A stretch of DNA of 64,000 nt from Malacoraja senta (Eukaryota). The notes under the pieces were generated by a model. The model worked only from the letters and a program-made list of their open reading frames with translations, searched no databases and was not told where the DNA came from. Below are positions 38,359-52,250 of this stretch, in pieces. The stretch is from NCBI GenBank assembly GCA_038087875.1, contig CM076000.1, positions 620,001-684,000 on the forward strand, written 5' to 3'. How positions within the stretch are numbered: position 1 is the first letter of the stretch; every line of letters begins with the position of its first letter. Position numbers and translations under genes: made by a program.

Positions 38359-39432
38359 TACATATTCTGTTGTGCTGCAGCAAGTAAGAATTTCATTGTC
38401 CTATCTGGGACACATGACAATAAAACTCTCTTGACTCTCTTGATCTCATACTTCTCTGCTTAACCATAATTGTACCGTTTTTACAGCGGAGTTGCTAATT
38501 CTGCAAAGGAGTGTTTATTAAATATAAATTTTACTTTATTTCTTTAACTGTTTACAATCACGTTTCCAATCACATTTGTTAACGTCCTAATCGCCTTCTG
38601 TCAAATTGTCTGAGTTTCATAATTAGCATTATTTGTGTTTAAGACACTTTAAGACAACCTTAAAGCCGTTATTTTTTCTAATGTGTTTTTACACAATGTT
38701 GCATTCAAAAGAAGCTGTTTTCAAACTTGTCTTCATATTAATCTAGGAGGCACTCAGGTGCTCACCTGGACTTCTGAGTTTCTTCTACTTTGGTTTGTTC
38801 AATATTACTGACAACAAGAATTATTGCATTATCTGAGTTGCATGGTTCTTTAGTTTTTTGACCTTCATTCTAACATTGAAACTATTGGAGGTCCAAAATT
38901 TCTATCTTAGTTTTGTGCCCAACGTTATTTTGAACTGCCACCTATTATGAATTTGCATCCTGGTTTTTCTGGGTGAGAATCCTTTCTCTTTAACTGATCC
39001 TTTTCTGATCATTTAATTATTAATTAGTCGGTGTATTGAGTATAGAAGTTGGGACGTTATGATGCAGTTATACAAGACGTTGGTGAGGCTGCATTTAGAC
39101 TATTATGTTCAGTTTTGGCCACCCTGCTAAAGGACGGATGTCATTCATTTAGAAAGAATGCAGAGGAGATTTACAAGGAATTTGTCTGGACTCGAGGGCC
39201 TGCGCTATAGGGAGATATAAGGAACCAGGTGGCTTGATAAGCTGAATGCAGTCTTTTATTTAGGATGAGTCAAGAACCAGAGGACTTGGGTTTAAGGTGA
39301 GAGGGGAAAGATTTAATAGGGATATCAGGGACACCTTTTTCACACAGAGGGTGGTCGGTATATGAAATAGGTTACCAGAATAGGTTGGTAGGTACAATAG
39401 TAACATTTAAAAGATCTTTGGACAGGTACATG

Positions 39433-42400
39433 TGAAAAAGTTACTTTTATAACTACTAAACCAGGTTCGCTTCTCAATAAACAGACACCACATAAACTGT
39501 TTGGTAGACCAGTTCAAAACTTTACTTAACATCGGCCGATGGAAGGGAGCGAGAATTCCAGCTAAGTGACCAATGTAGACACTCGACTGTCCTCGGTCCC
39601 CTTCTCTGAACAACAGAATTACATCGCATTATATAGTGTTTCTTTGTCACATTAGCACATTCCACAGACATTAGTCATGGTCAGAGGTACAGGAAAAGGC
39701 ATCACATCAAAGGCCTTTTGTTTACATGGTACAAGATATACTGAAAACATTGGCCATTTGTCTTAGGTCATTTTATCTTAAAAGAGATCACCCTAGCTCT
39801 TTCGCTACTTCCTCTCTGTCACTTGGTCCCTCATAAACATAGGCCATTTGGTTTATGGCATCTTATCTTTCCACTTCCCTGGTTCCTCTCTCATCACCTC
39901 CTCCCCCATAAACATTGGCCATTTGTCTTATGGCATCTTACTTCAAAGATGTGACTAGCTGTTTCTTTCTCTGTCACTTCCTCACTTGGGAGACAATGTT
40001 ATGGTATTTATTATCTCAATACCCCAAAACCTGAGGCAACTTAACTTGCCTTTCTGTATTATTCTACTGGAGAAAAGCCTGATTTGAGACTAAATATAAG
40101 CTGTAAGCTTTTCTTATATTTTTAACATAATTCAGCTTTATCATTCCATCCTTTTATCAAAATCTTGATAATAACTACAGTCCTTGCCGAGTACATACAA
40201 AAGACCATAAGCATCTCATCAGGCAAATTATCTCACTGTCTGTAGTCAGGGTATCTTTGCTGCATTTGTCATGTTTGACTCCAATCTTGTTTAAAAGGAT
40301 GTGTGTACCATCCTTTAAATGTGGGTTAGTCCGCAAGTTTGCCATTCTGAAGAAAGTCCAGTCCATGTGGGCCACTCCAGAATAAAAGGAGGGTCAATAG
40401 CTCCACAAACCGTTCAGTCAATCAAATGTATCCAACGACGATGATCTTCAATCTTCACAGCAGTTTATGTTGTTGATAATGGTTTTTCCTTTCAACACAA
40501 TCTCAATTTCTTCTTGTCCCAGCACATGGTCATTTTGTAGCCTTTATGGACTCGTCCCTGTGCTCACAGCTCCTCTAACCTGGGAATGCAGATCTGGCAA
40601 GACCTGGGTTAATTGCTGTCCATACATAATTAGTTAATTGCCCAGGGCCTGTAGTTGGCTTCCCCCCACTCTCCAGGGGGTGGGCACAGCAGCCTTTCCT
40701 GTATCAATAAAAAAGTTGTAAATTCTGTTTCTCTAGCTGCAGTTGAATGACCCCAATCTACTCTGAAGAAGGGCTTCGGCCCAAAATGATGCCTATTTCC
40801 TTCGCTCCTTTGATGCTGCTTCATCCCCTGAGTTTCTCCAGCACTTTTGTCTACCTTTGATTTTCCAGCATCTGCAGTTCCTTCTTAAACACTTCTCTGT
40901 GAACTTATTCTTTAATCCGATTATATCTGAAGAGGCTCTCCCCACCTAAATATTAAATTCTCCAAATATGTTCTCTTCCCCAATCTACTTATCTTCTCAC
41001 CTTTTATCCCTCATTATGAGATCCCTCAAACCCCCTTTTGTAAGCCATAAGACAATTTTACATGTACATTCATTTCCCTTACACAGCACATGCTTCAACA
41101 TCTTTGTTCGTCTGCAGACCGTAATCTTGCTTCATTTGCATTTTAAAGGACAACCTCTGTTATCACATCAAAACAATCTTTCCCAAAAGAACTCACTCAG
41201 AATCAGTAATCAATAATACATTTTCTTTTTCTCTGTAATTTTGACATTTCCAATCTCATTTAACACTTTAATTGGGATGAGTCTCTTTTTGAACTCGGCT
41301 CAAAAGATTTATAACAACCAACACATTTTATCATTTGAGTATAGCTCCACCCCCCATTCATGGCAGTGTCTTAAAGGAACACACCATAACCTGCCTGTTC
41401 ATTTGCATTTTAAAGGACAAACTGTTCTTAAAGGGACTCACACCTTTGCTCATTGCTTCAAATTTCACACATTCCACATAGAAAAAACATTGTTTTACAA
41501 GCAGTACATACACACAAAAAAATTGTTTTACCAGCAGTATATAATATTTCATCTTCAAAGACGTCTCTTTGTAATTTACTTTCCCTTTTTCTGACAAGAC
41601 TTCTGTTTACCAGAATCCTGGTTACCTAACCCTAATTGGACTTTGATCCAGATCATGATTAGTCAGACTCCCCATGACTTTTCAGCCTCCCTATCCTATC
41701 CTCATTTCTCCACCGAATTTGTCTTCATCCCCAATTTTTCTATAACATAGTTGCTTGTCAGAAAAAGGATTCCCCCGGGGTAATTTTGTTTTGCAATGCC
41801 CCATAGGCTCTTTCCACCATCCCAGATGCCTGTGGGTGATGTACACAGTGAAATTGCTGTCGGATATAAAAATGTGTACATATTTCCTTATTAATAGTGG
41901 CAATAAAATGGGGACCATTGTCCAAGCTTATGACAGTAGGTAGGCCAAACCTGGGAATAACTTCCCTTAACACCAATGTTACTGTAGTCTTAGCAGTATC
42001 ATTAGTGGTTGGTAGAGCTTCAATCCACCTGCTAAATAAATCTAAAATAACTAAGCAATATTTATAACACTGGGCCCTTGGCATTTCAATAAAATCAATC
42101 TGTATGCATTCAAACGGTCGTGATGGCATTGGTGTCACCCCTGAGGGTATCCTAATTGGTTTGCCTGGATTATTTCGTTGGCAAATTTTACATTCAGAGG
42201 CCTGCTTCAGTGCCTCTTGCCGGATTTTTAGGTGCCACCACGTTTCCTTTGTCATCCTTATCATTCCCTCCTTACCAGCATGGGTAAGTGAGTGAATATA
42301 TGTTAGTAAAACAGGTAAAAATGCATCAGATACACCAACTTGTCCAAGCGGGGTGAGCCGAATCAATGGCACAGCCCTCTTGTTTCCATAGTTGTTTTGG

Positions 42401-44646
42401 GTTATCAGAGGCGTCCCTCTGTAATGTACATACTTCCCTCATGTTTGGCAGGACCGTTCTATTTGCTAGCATCTGTTTACCTGCTGTCACTAAGCATTTG
42501 TATGCATAGGCTGCTTGTTTGGCTACACTATCGGCAAATGCATTGCCTTTTGTTATAGGGTCCCCAGCACCAGTGTGTGCAGCACATTTAATAATGGTCA
42601 GCTGTTCTGGTATCATCAATGCCTTAAGCAAATAATGCACAGAAAGGCATTCCCGTGCTCCCAATCCTGGGGAGCTTTGTAAGGTCAGAACTTCAAGGTA
42701 TAGGGATATTACTGACGGAGCTGTCAGAGGTAAGTATGCCATCGCTACTGGTAGGACGTAGGGAGGTGGACATCTCCCAGGATTATCTAACTCCTCATCT
42801 TCACTACCAAACAGGGTCGTCGTGCCAGACATGAAGTCTCCTCCAGAGGATTTACCAGTACTGCGTTTATTTTTTACTAACCATCACCTGTTTCTCACCT
42901 CCTGCCTGTCTTTTAATTCTTTTCTCATGTTCCTCTGCCCACTGGCATTCTAGTTGCAATACTTCCCATCCTTTCCTAGTGCCATCCTTATTTCTTAACT
43001 CTATCCCTCTAACATGCAACTTCGATCTCTACTCTCCTGATGCTTCTTCTCTGCTTCTGCTTTCCACGTTTTAATTCCCTTCTTCCATTTCTTTCCTGTC
43101 TTCCTTTCCCATATCAACATCTCTGCTTTCTTAATTGTCTCGACATTCCATGTGCCCCCTACTGGCCAGGCTTCATCCCCCAACCGTTTGCTCAACTTGT
43201 AACTTAACATTCTAAATTTCTTATTATACTTAGGATTCAAATAACACATATGTTGGACGGGGGTTCCCCCCTCACTGTTATCCAGTGCATTCCCCATAGA
43301 TAGATAGAGAGAAAGAGAAAGAGAAAGCAGACTTCTTAATTCCGAATCGTTCCAAATATATCAACCAGGCCGACTCGCTACTCGAGACCCCAGTTTCTCA
43401 ATTTGGCTGACTGTTTAACTTTGTAATATACAACGCCACTTATTTCTCAATCCGACAACTCCCTGGATGTTTCAATAAGCCAGACGCACACCTCACCTCC
43501 CGTATCTCAACCCGACAAAACACGGATGTCTCAACGAGGCCGATAAGCCCTTAGTAGAGAGAAAAGAAAAAAACAAAGAGAGATAGACAGAGAGAGAGAA
43601 AGAGAAACCACTCACGTCCTTCTTAACAAGATACACAAGCCCTTCTTAAAAATACAAGCACAAGTCTGTCTTAAAAATACATACACAATCCCCACTAAAA
43701 AAACCCTATAAAGCCCAACTGGTCTTACCTTAGTCTGTTGCTAAGAACCTCGGCAGGGAACCTGGATCAACCTCTGATGAAGGATCACAGACGTTCCCGG
43801 GAGTTTCTAGGGAGTCGGTCTTACAAGGGGGCCGATAGAGCTCAGTTATCTCCCTTCCAATCCCGGCAACCTCTGCAACCTCTTGCACAGTCAGCCGTTG
43901 ATGTGGTCCCAGCGAGGCCTGCATAACTACGCCAATGAAAAAGTTACTTTTATAACTACTAAACCAGGTTCGCTTCTCAATAAACAGACACCACATAAAC
44001 TGTTTGGTAGACCAGTTCAAAACTTTACTTAACATCGGCCGATGGAAGGGAGCGAGAATTCCAGCTAAGTGACCAATGTAGACACTCGACTGTCCTCGGT
44101 CCCCTTCTCTGAACAACAGAATTACATCGCATTATATAGTGTTTCTTTGTCACATTAGCACATTCCACAGACATTAGTCATGGTCAGAGGTACAGGAAAA
44201 GGCATCACATCAAAGGCCTTTTGTTTACATGGTACAAGATATACTGAAAACATTGGCCATTTGTCTTAGGTCATTTTATCTTAAAAGAGATCACCCTAGC
44301 TCTTTCGCTACTTCCTCTCTGTCACTTGGTCCCTCATAAACATAGGCCATTTGGTTTATGGCATCTTATCTTTCCACTTCCCTGGTTCCTCTCTCATCAC
44401 CTCCTCCCCCATAAACATTGGCCATTTGTCTTATGGCATCTTACTTCAAAGATGTGACTAGCTGTTTCTTTCTCTGTCACTTCCTCACTTGGGAGACAAT
44501 GTTATGGTATTTATTATCTCAATACCCCAAAACCTGAGGCAACTTAACTTGCCTTTCTGTATTATTCTACTGGAGAAAAGCCTGATTTGAGACTAAATAT
44601 AAGCTGTAAGCTTTTCTTATATTTTTAACATAATTCAGCTTTATCA
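39433..44646 (-). mobile_element. Endogenous retrovirus-like provirus (gamma/epsilon-like), internally deleted, inserted in a CR1 fragment
   Basis: 711-bp LTRs at 39433-40143 and 43936-44646 (TG...CA); TSD CATG; PBS TGGCGTAGT..GCAGG; PPT GATAAAAGGATGGAA; gag start MGNALD...WPVGGTW; RNase H (KCAAHT...GNAFAD) and integrase (IQIDFIEMP...DNGPHF...QASGMVER) remnants. Confidence 0.93.
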
Positions 44647-45022
44647 CATGGGTAGGAAAAGGTTAGAGGCATGTGTCCAAAATGTAGGGAAAGTGAACTA
44701 GCTTAGATGGGGCATCTTGGTCAGCATGGGCAAGGTGGGCCGAAGGGCCTGTTGACTTGCTTTATGACTAAGAACAATGGAACCTGCTTGACTGTCACCT
44801 CACAACTACAACATTTATTCTCTCCACAAATGGTGCACAGTGACTGCAGTGCATACAAATGTACAAAATATATGAGTTATTTGTGTAGATTGCACCTTCC
44901 AAACTTCCATCCATATTAAGATGAGTGCAGCAGAGGGGCACATGATCGCCTGCAGATTCCCATGTAAATGTCATGGTGGATTGTGAGCTGTTCAGATGGT
45001 GACCATTGTGTATAATTTGCAG

Positions 45023-45237
45023 GTGAAGAAAATGATGGGGAGAAAAAGAAAAAAGACAAAAAGAAAAAGAAAGAAAAGGATGAAAAAGAGAAGAAGAAAG
45101 CAGGTCCCAGTAAAGCTACAGTGAAAGCAATGCAAGAAGCACTTGCAAGGTTAAAAGAAGAGGAAGAAAGACAAAAAAGAGAGGAGGAAGAACATTTACA
45201 ACGGTTGGAAGAAATGGAAGCCAAACGTTTGGAACAA
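45023..45237 (+). CDS. EIF5B: EIF5B exon 5
   Basis: KKAGPSKATVKAMQEALARLKEEEERQKREEEE; phase 1-0. Confidence 0.95.
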
Positions 45238-45469
45238 GTATGTTCTTTTAAATTTAACGCAACTACATAGCCCTTTTGTGAAAAGTAAATGGATTGTTCA
45301 TTGTCAAATTAAATATAAGCAGTGGGCACAAACTTTAGCAACAACAATTTGCAATTATAGAGAGCAGAAACAAGGAACTGCACATGCTGGTTTACAAAGA
45401 ACCCCTGACATCCTCTCCACGCCTGCTGTCTGACCTGCTGAGTTACTCCAGCACTTTATGTCATAAGTA

Positions 45470-47090
45470 ATAGGAGCAGATTAAGATCTTTTGGCCCATC
45501 AAGTCTACTCCACCATTCAATCGTGGCTGATCGATCTCTCACTCCTAACCCAATTCTCCTGCCTTCTCCCCATAACCCCTGACACCCATATTAATCAAGA
45601 ATCTTATCTATCTCTGCCTTAAAAATATCCACTGGCCTCCACAGCCTTCTGTGGCAACAAATTCCACAGATTCACCACCCTCTGACTAAAGAAATTTCTC
45701 CTCATCTCCTTCCTAAAAGAATGTCCTTTAATTCTGAGGCTATGGCCTCCAGTCCTAAACTCTCCCACTAGTGGAAACATCCTCTCCACATCCACTCTAT
45801 CCTAGCCTTTCACTGCAATCCCTGCTTGCGACTGCGGACATCCAGACCAGACCATCCCACACATCGTGACTGCAATCCCTGCTTGCGACTGCGGACATCC
45901 AGACCAGACCATCCCACACACTGAGGCTTTTCCCTGGTGGCATCAAAGCCATCCACCCAGTAACTGATGCTGTCCTGGCTTGGATGTCTACCCTTGATCT
46001 ACAACTTTAGGCTGTGCACGCCATGCGCAAGAAGACTATTCTGTATGTTTCAATGAGGTCCCCCCTCATTCTTCTAAACTCTAGTGTGTACAGGCCCAGA
46101 GGCGTCAAACATTCATCATTTGTTAACACACTTTGTATCCTAACTTGCATTTAGACATTGCACTATGTGTTTAAATATAGTTCTTTGCACTCAGCTAATT
46201 GGTAGTTAATTAGATGTAACTCCAATTTTGCTCAGTGTAGTAAATGGCCAATTAATATATTTGGGCAGTTTTTTTAATAGTGGAAATTGCATGTAATGTA
46301 ATTTCCTTGTGCTGAATAATATTTATTGTTATAAATTATCAAGATATGAATGTAGGAGGTATGATTAGTATGTTTGTAGATAATAGAAAAAATATTGGTG
46401 TTGTCCATCGTGAGCGGGATTGTCTTTGGCCTCGGAACGATATTGATGGCATGTTGTCCTTCATAACAAGAGGAGTTGAGTATAGGAGCAAAGAGGTTCT
46501 TCTGCAGTTGTTCAAGGCCCTGGTGAGACCACACCTGGAGTATTGTGTGAAGTTTTGGTCTCCAAATTTGAGGAAGGACATTCTTGCTATTGAGGGAGTA
46601 GGTTCACGAGGTTAATTCCAGGGATGGCGGGACTGCCATATGTTGAAAGAATGGAGCGACAGGGCTTGTATACACTGGAATTTAGAAGGATGAGAGGAAA
46701 TCTTATTGAAACATATAAGTTTATTAAGGGATTGGACATGCTAGGGGCAGGAAACATGTTCCCGATGTTGGGGGAGTCCAGAACCAGAGGCCACAGTTTA
46801 AGAATAAGGGGTAGGCCATTTAGAACGGAGATGAGGAAAACATTTTTCAGCCAGAGAGTTGTGAATCTGTGGAATTCTCTGCCTCCGAAGGCTGTGGAAG
46901 CCGATTCTCTGGATGCTTTCAAGAGGGAGTTAGATAGAGCTCTTAAAGATAGCGGAGTCAAGGGATATGGGGAGAAGGCAGGAATGGGGTACTGATTGGG
47001 GATGATCAGCCATGATCACAGTGTATTGCGGTGCTAGCTCGAAGGGCCAAATGGCCTACATCTGCACCTATTGTCTATTGTCTCTTGATG
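45470..47090. mobile_element. CR1 3' fragments (minus 45470-46110; plus 46447-47085), with a small RTE-like 3' end (45812-46035, 54-bp internal duplication) nested in the first
   Basis: CR1 ORF2 C-terminal motifs; CDCGHPDQTIPHIV zinc-knuckle duplicated. Confidence 0.75.
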
Positions 47091-48422
47091 GGTTAATAAG
47101 TTGGGTAGAGAAATGGCGGATGGAATTTAAACCTGAAGAATGCATGATGATGCCATTTGGGAGGACTAATAAGGCTAGGATATATGATGAACAGTAGAAT
47201 CCTAGGATGTACTGTGGAAGAGAAGGGCTTCGCTGAATGGTCCAAGGATCACTGAAGGCAGCATCACTGGTAGGTTATTGGATTGGAATATTTATCATTG
47301 GATTAATGTAACCTGGCTACAAAAAGATATTGGAGACAAGGAACTGCAGGTGCTAGTTTACAAATAAAAGACACGGTGCTGGAGTAACTCAATGGGTCAT
47401 CCTGTGGATATTGGAGATAAGAAACACAAAAGGTTTTGCTACATCTGGTAAAACAGTACTCCTGTTGCTGATACCAGCGAGCCCAGCGCATTCATCACTA
47501 CCTAACACAGATGGAAATTGCACATTGTTAAGAATGACCAGTCATCCAAAGCTGTACAATGGCCTGTAAAACTAGTGGAATTTGTGAAACATCAGCAAAG
47601 CTGGGAAGAATCATGAGATTGATGTTGAATAACAACTTTCACACGTAGCAAGGAAGTTTAGCGAAGATGTGCTTACATCCTGGAAATATACCTATTGGAA
47701 ATATACCTACAAACATAGAAAATGCAGAACACAGATGGGTGATGTTTTGAATGTAGACCCTTTTTCAGTCTGAAGAAAGGTCCAGATCTCAAATGTTACC
47801 TTTCCATGTTCTCCAGAGATGCTGCATGGTCCACTGTTATTCTGTTGTGTTTTTTTTTTTGCAGAAAGGTGTTGTAGGGTGGAGGAATGAATATTGGGGA
47901 AATGCTGAACAAGACAGTTGCATTCAAATAACACAATTCTTGTTGGTGTATTCAGAAGAATACCAGTTGAATATTTAAATACTTTTCACTGTCCAAAATA
48001 CATTTTGCTAAACGATTGTCTAGTAAGAATATGACCTATTCATACAGGTTTGTTAATGTGTAGGAAAGAGCTGCAGGTGCTGGTTTAAATCGAAGTTAGA
48101 TACAACATGCTGCAGTAACTCTGAAGAGAAGGAATGGGTGACATCTTGACCCAAAACATCACCCATTTCTTCTCTCAAAGATGCTGCTGAGTTACTCCAG
48201 CATTTTGTGTCTACCCCAAGTTTGTTAATAACCTTTTTGAGGTAAGAAAGATGTTTGAATAGTTTTGGTTGAATCTTGCAGAATTAACGTGGTTGGATTC
48301 ATTTGTTTGTATCTGAGGTGAACAATCTCTTGTTATTTCCATTGTGTATTTGCATTCAACTTTGAATAAAGAGGTTGCCAGTGAAGATTTTGCTAAATAT
48401 ATCAACATATTTGAACTTGCAG

Positions 48423-48573
48423 GAGAAATTAGAACATGAGCGAAGAGAAAAAAAGAAGCAAAAAGAAAAAGAAAGGCGAGAACGTTTAAAGAAGGAGGGC
48501 AAGCTATTGACGAAATCCCAGAAAGATGCCAAAGCAAGAGCTGAGGCCACACTTGAACTACTCCGCGCTCAAG
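48423..48573 (+). CDS. EIF5B: EIF5B exon 6
   Basis: EKLEHERREKKKQKEKERRERLKKEGKLLTKSQKDAKARAEATLELLRAQG; phase 0-1. Confidence 0.95.
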
Positions 48574-48734
48574 GTATGCATAAAGTAGGAAAAGCCTACA
48601 TTTAAATATATCAAGTAAATATGGCCAGTACCGCCATTCAATGATTATAACTGATCATCCAAAATCAGTACCCTGCACCTGCTTTCTTCCCATATCCCTT
48701 GATTCTGTTAGCCCTAAGAGCTATATCTCTAGTT

Positions 48735-51120
48735 TTTGTTACTCCAGCTTTTTGTGTCTATCTTCAGTTTAAACCAGCATCTGCTGTTCCTTCTTACACA
48801 TTTTGTCCGCTCCACTATGAAATCTCCTCAAGGTATGTCTACTTTGAAGAAGTTCTCCTCCTCTCTCCGACGAGAGTCTGCAACATCCTCTCTTGCTGCT
48901 CCCCCTCCGTGATTCCTATTGCTGTCTGACTCTATGACCACGTTTTAACCCAGACTCGCTACCACAGCCACGTGTGTTTTCTCGGTGCTTGCCTGCGCCT
49001 CCATCTTCCACCTCGGGGATTCCAGCTCCGGTTCCAGACATCCCGGTTTGAACCCAACCCGGATTACAGATACCGACAGTCGATCTGCCGCTTTTAGCAA
49101 TAGTTCCCATTCCGTGCCCTGCGTTCTACACTGGCTGCGATGCGCTGGCACCAGCAGGCCCTCGCTCTGACTCTCCCGCAGCTCCGGGCCTCACTTACCC
49201 ACACCTGCAATGGACCCCAACTGTACTTCATTCAACACCAGATGCATGCACTCAACAAACTTCCTGTCCTATCTGGACTCTACCAAGGATCACAAGCTTG
49301 CCCACCTCCAGACTGGTCTCTTCACCAACACTCCTCGACTCGACTGCCCGCAGGCCCGGGGCTCCACCGCTGGACTGCGCCCCTTGCCTGAACACCACGA
49401 GGTCGAGATTGCCACCACGAAGAGCAGCACCAACATCCACCGTCTCTCCGACCTTCACCACCTTCCCGGCCAAATGCAGGCCCAGACCACCGAAACTGCC
49501 GCTGCTGCCGACTCTCACCGCCTCCCCGGGGCCACCGCCACCGCTGTCGCTGACCTTTACTATCTCCCCGGGGCCACCGATGCTGCTGCTGCCGACCCGT
49601 ATCTCTGCTCCAGCACCTCACGGGCCTTCACCAGCGACGCCGCCGCCCCTCACCTCTCCACTGCCCACCAGCAGGCTGGAGCCATTGCCTCACCTGAGTT
49701 CCAGGCTCAGCACCAGACCCACAACCTCCATGATGCAGACTCGGTCAGCACGTGGTCTGACTCTGTTGCGTCCTACTGCTACCCCCCCCCCCCTACAGGG
49801 AACCTCAGTAGTGATGGGTATTCCCCTTCCCCCTCTTTTAACGGTTACCCCGACCACACCCTACCCATACAATAGTCCTCACACCCCTTCTCTCTGAACA
49901 CCCATCATCCCCCCCCCCCCCCACCAGATCTCGCCTCGCCCTTTGTCCACTCCCCGTCCCTCCTCTGACCCTAACCCCACCCTTGTCGTGTCTTCACCAT
50001 CTCACCATCCCCCTAACCTCCCCCTTTCCGATACGGAACAGTCTGTCCTCAACAGAGGCCTCACCTTCGTTCCCCTCCGCCCCCACCTCAACGAGTTCCG
50101 GGTCTGATACGACGTAGAGCTTTTCTTCCGTTGCCTTCGCCTCCGTGCCTTTTTCTATGGGAAGGAGTCCTCACCACCCAGTGATGACCCCTTCTCCCGT
50201 CTCCACCGGTCCCCCTCCTCTTGGACTCCCCAGAACGGCCTTCTACCCTTTCTAGACCTCTTTATTTCTAACTGCCGGCGTGACATCAACTGTCTCACCT
50301 TTTCCACTCCTCTTACCTAGTCCAACCTCACCCCCTCTGAACGTACAGCCCTCCGCTCATTCTGCAGCAACCCTGACATTATAATCAAACTCACCGACAA
50401 GGGAGGTGCCGTGGTAGTCTGGCGCGTTGACCTCTACCGGCCAGGCGACAACACTCAAACACCTCCCCCCCCACTTATCCTTGGACCACGATCCCACAGA
50501 TGAGCACCAGGCCTTAATCTCAAACACCATTACTAATTTCATCACTTCTGGCTGTCTGCCTTCCACAGCCTCCAACCTTATCGTTTCCCAGCCCCGCACT
50601 CCCGGTTTTACCTTCTCCCGAAAATCCACAAACACAACTGCCCTGGCAGACCCATTGTTTCTGCCTGCTCTTGTCCCACGGAAATGATTTCCACGTACCT
50701 CGATTCCATCCTATCCCCCCCCGGTCTAATCTCTCCCGACCTATATCCAAGATACCTCACATGTCCTTCATCTCGTTAATGACTTCCGCTTTCCAAGCCC
50801 CCACTCCCTCATCTTTACTATTGAAGTTCAGTCACTCTAAACCTCCTTCCACCCCCCCCCCCCCGGAAGGCCTTAAAGCCCTCAGTTTCTTTCTACGCAG
50901 AACCATCCAATTTCCCTTTACTAACGCTACTCCGCTGGTCCTCACCCTCAACAACTTATCCTTTGACTCCTTCCACTTCCTCCAAGTCCAAGGCGTAGCT
51001 ATGGGCACTCGCATGGGCCCCAGCTATGCCTGCCTCTTTGTAGGGTACGTTGAACAATCCCTGATCCAGCCGTAGACTGGCCCTATCCCCAAACTTTATC
51101 TCCTTTACATTGATGACTGA
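48735..51120 (+). mobile_element. Penelope-like retroelement, 5' part (pLTR piece, N-terminal region, degraded RT)
   Basis: SVLNRGLTFVP, PDIIIKLTDKGGAVVVW, QVQGVAMGTRMGPSYACLFVGYVE, YIDD; frameshifts and stops. Confidence 0.85.
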
Positions 51121-51443
51121 ATGGAGAAGTTTAATTGTACTCGCCTATAATTTTGCCAAATTATGCTAAGTAGAGGATTTTGACAAATATCTTGCTTCCT
51201 GTTTGACTATTTCCCCTGATTCCTCAAAATGTATCTGCCTTCAATGAAGAATGCTTATTGCTTATTGCTTATGGCAAAATTCATTTCCCAGCACTTTATT
51301 GTGTATGTGATGAATAAATCTGATTGATTGATTGATTGATTGCTGTGGATTATAGAAAAACATGGCTTCAATGTGATTGGCATAAGCAGAGAAAAACTGA
51401 GCTGTGATAATTAGTGTTTCAAATGTTTGCCTTTGCTTTGAAG

Positions 51444-51569
51444 GTGTGGAAGTGCCATCCAAAGATTCAATGCCAAAGAAACGACCAGTCTATGATACAA
51501 GGAAAAAGAAAAAGCAGCAGGGGAACAAAGAAGAAAACAAAGAGGAAAACAAAGAAGAGGAAACTAAAG
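51444..51569 (+). CDS. EIF5B: EIF5B exon 7
   Basis: GVEVPSKDSMPKKRPVYD...; phase 1-1. Confidence 0.93.
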
Positions 51570-52160
51570 GTTTGTGGTGTGTTTAGTTATATGAAACATC
51601 CAAAATTTGTTAATGTAATATTTAGCTATGTTAATGAACTCTATGATAGTTGAATACACTGTAGCAGCAGTGCAGAGCTGTTTATCTCTTGCCTTTTTTT
51701 GATATGATATTCAGCTGTTTGTTAAAATTTTAATTCACCTCTTGGTATTTTCATTGTTACTTGAAATCAGATGACTGACATTGTGTTTCTTTCTAGATGT
51801 AGAGATTTAGTTAGCTACAATTAAATTTTGCATTGGTCTTTTTCTTCATTTACACAAAGCATCTAAGTAGTGTTGGGAATATGGGATTATAATTACAGTA
51901 ATTGAATCAGGTTGTCAAAAATGAATTTTTTGAGAACATCATTTTGCTACCTGTGTAGTAGTTTGCTGTTGTAATGGAAGTATAAAGTAATTCTCCATGT
52001 TAATCAGAAATCCAAATGATTAAAACAAAATGTTCTTAAGAGTGGAATGGCCTTTGCTTTATATTTCTTACATGTATATTCAAGCGCGATGAGTTATTAC
52101 AAATGCTCTACTTCCTTGATCCTACAAAATGCTAGAATGTGATATTTCATCTTATTACAG

Positions 52161-52250
52161 AAGCTGTGATGGTCAGTCCAACCCCACTACTTGAAATTGA
52201 AGAACCAGAGGTGACTGAGGCACCAGAAATAGTTCCAGAAGCTATAACAA
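52161..52250 (+). CDS. EIF5B: EIF5B exon 8
   Basis: TTACAG acceptor, GTTAGT donor, 90 nt, phase 1-1, open and E/P-rich. Confidence 0.8.

Larger units (their letters stand above)
34468..38445 (+). mobile_element. Interrupted Rex1/Babar-like LINE (5'/endonuclease 34468-35975, 3' end 37006-37600, tail 38360-38445) with nested insertions
   Basis: FTETW, TRGPNTLDHCY, SDH endonuclease motifs; FPNQKLWM...; NFYRCTIDSILT; CTTGA-type tail. Confidence 0.8.

Noticed and set aside
49210..49897. Overlapping 221-aa and 199-aa ORFs as novel genes
   Set aside because: They lie in the GC-rich low-complexity N-terminal region of the Penelope-like element.
51797..51809. Possible EIF5B microexon after TTTCTTTCTAG
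   Set aside because: The nearest plausible donor gives 13 nt and a frameshift; exons 7 and 8 already join in phase.
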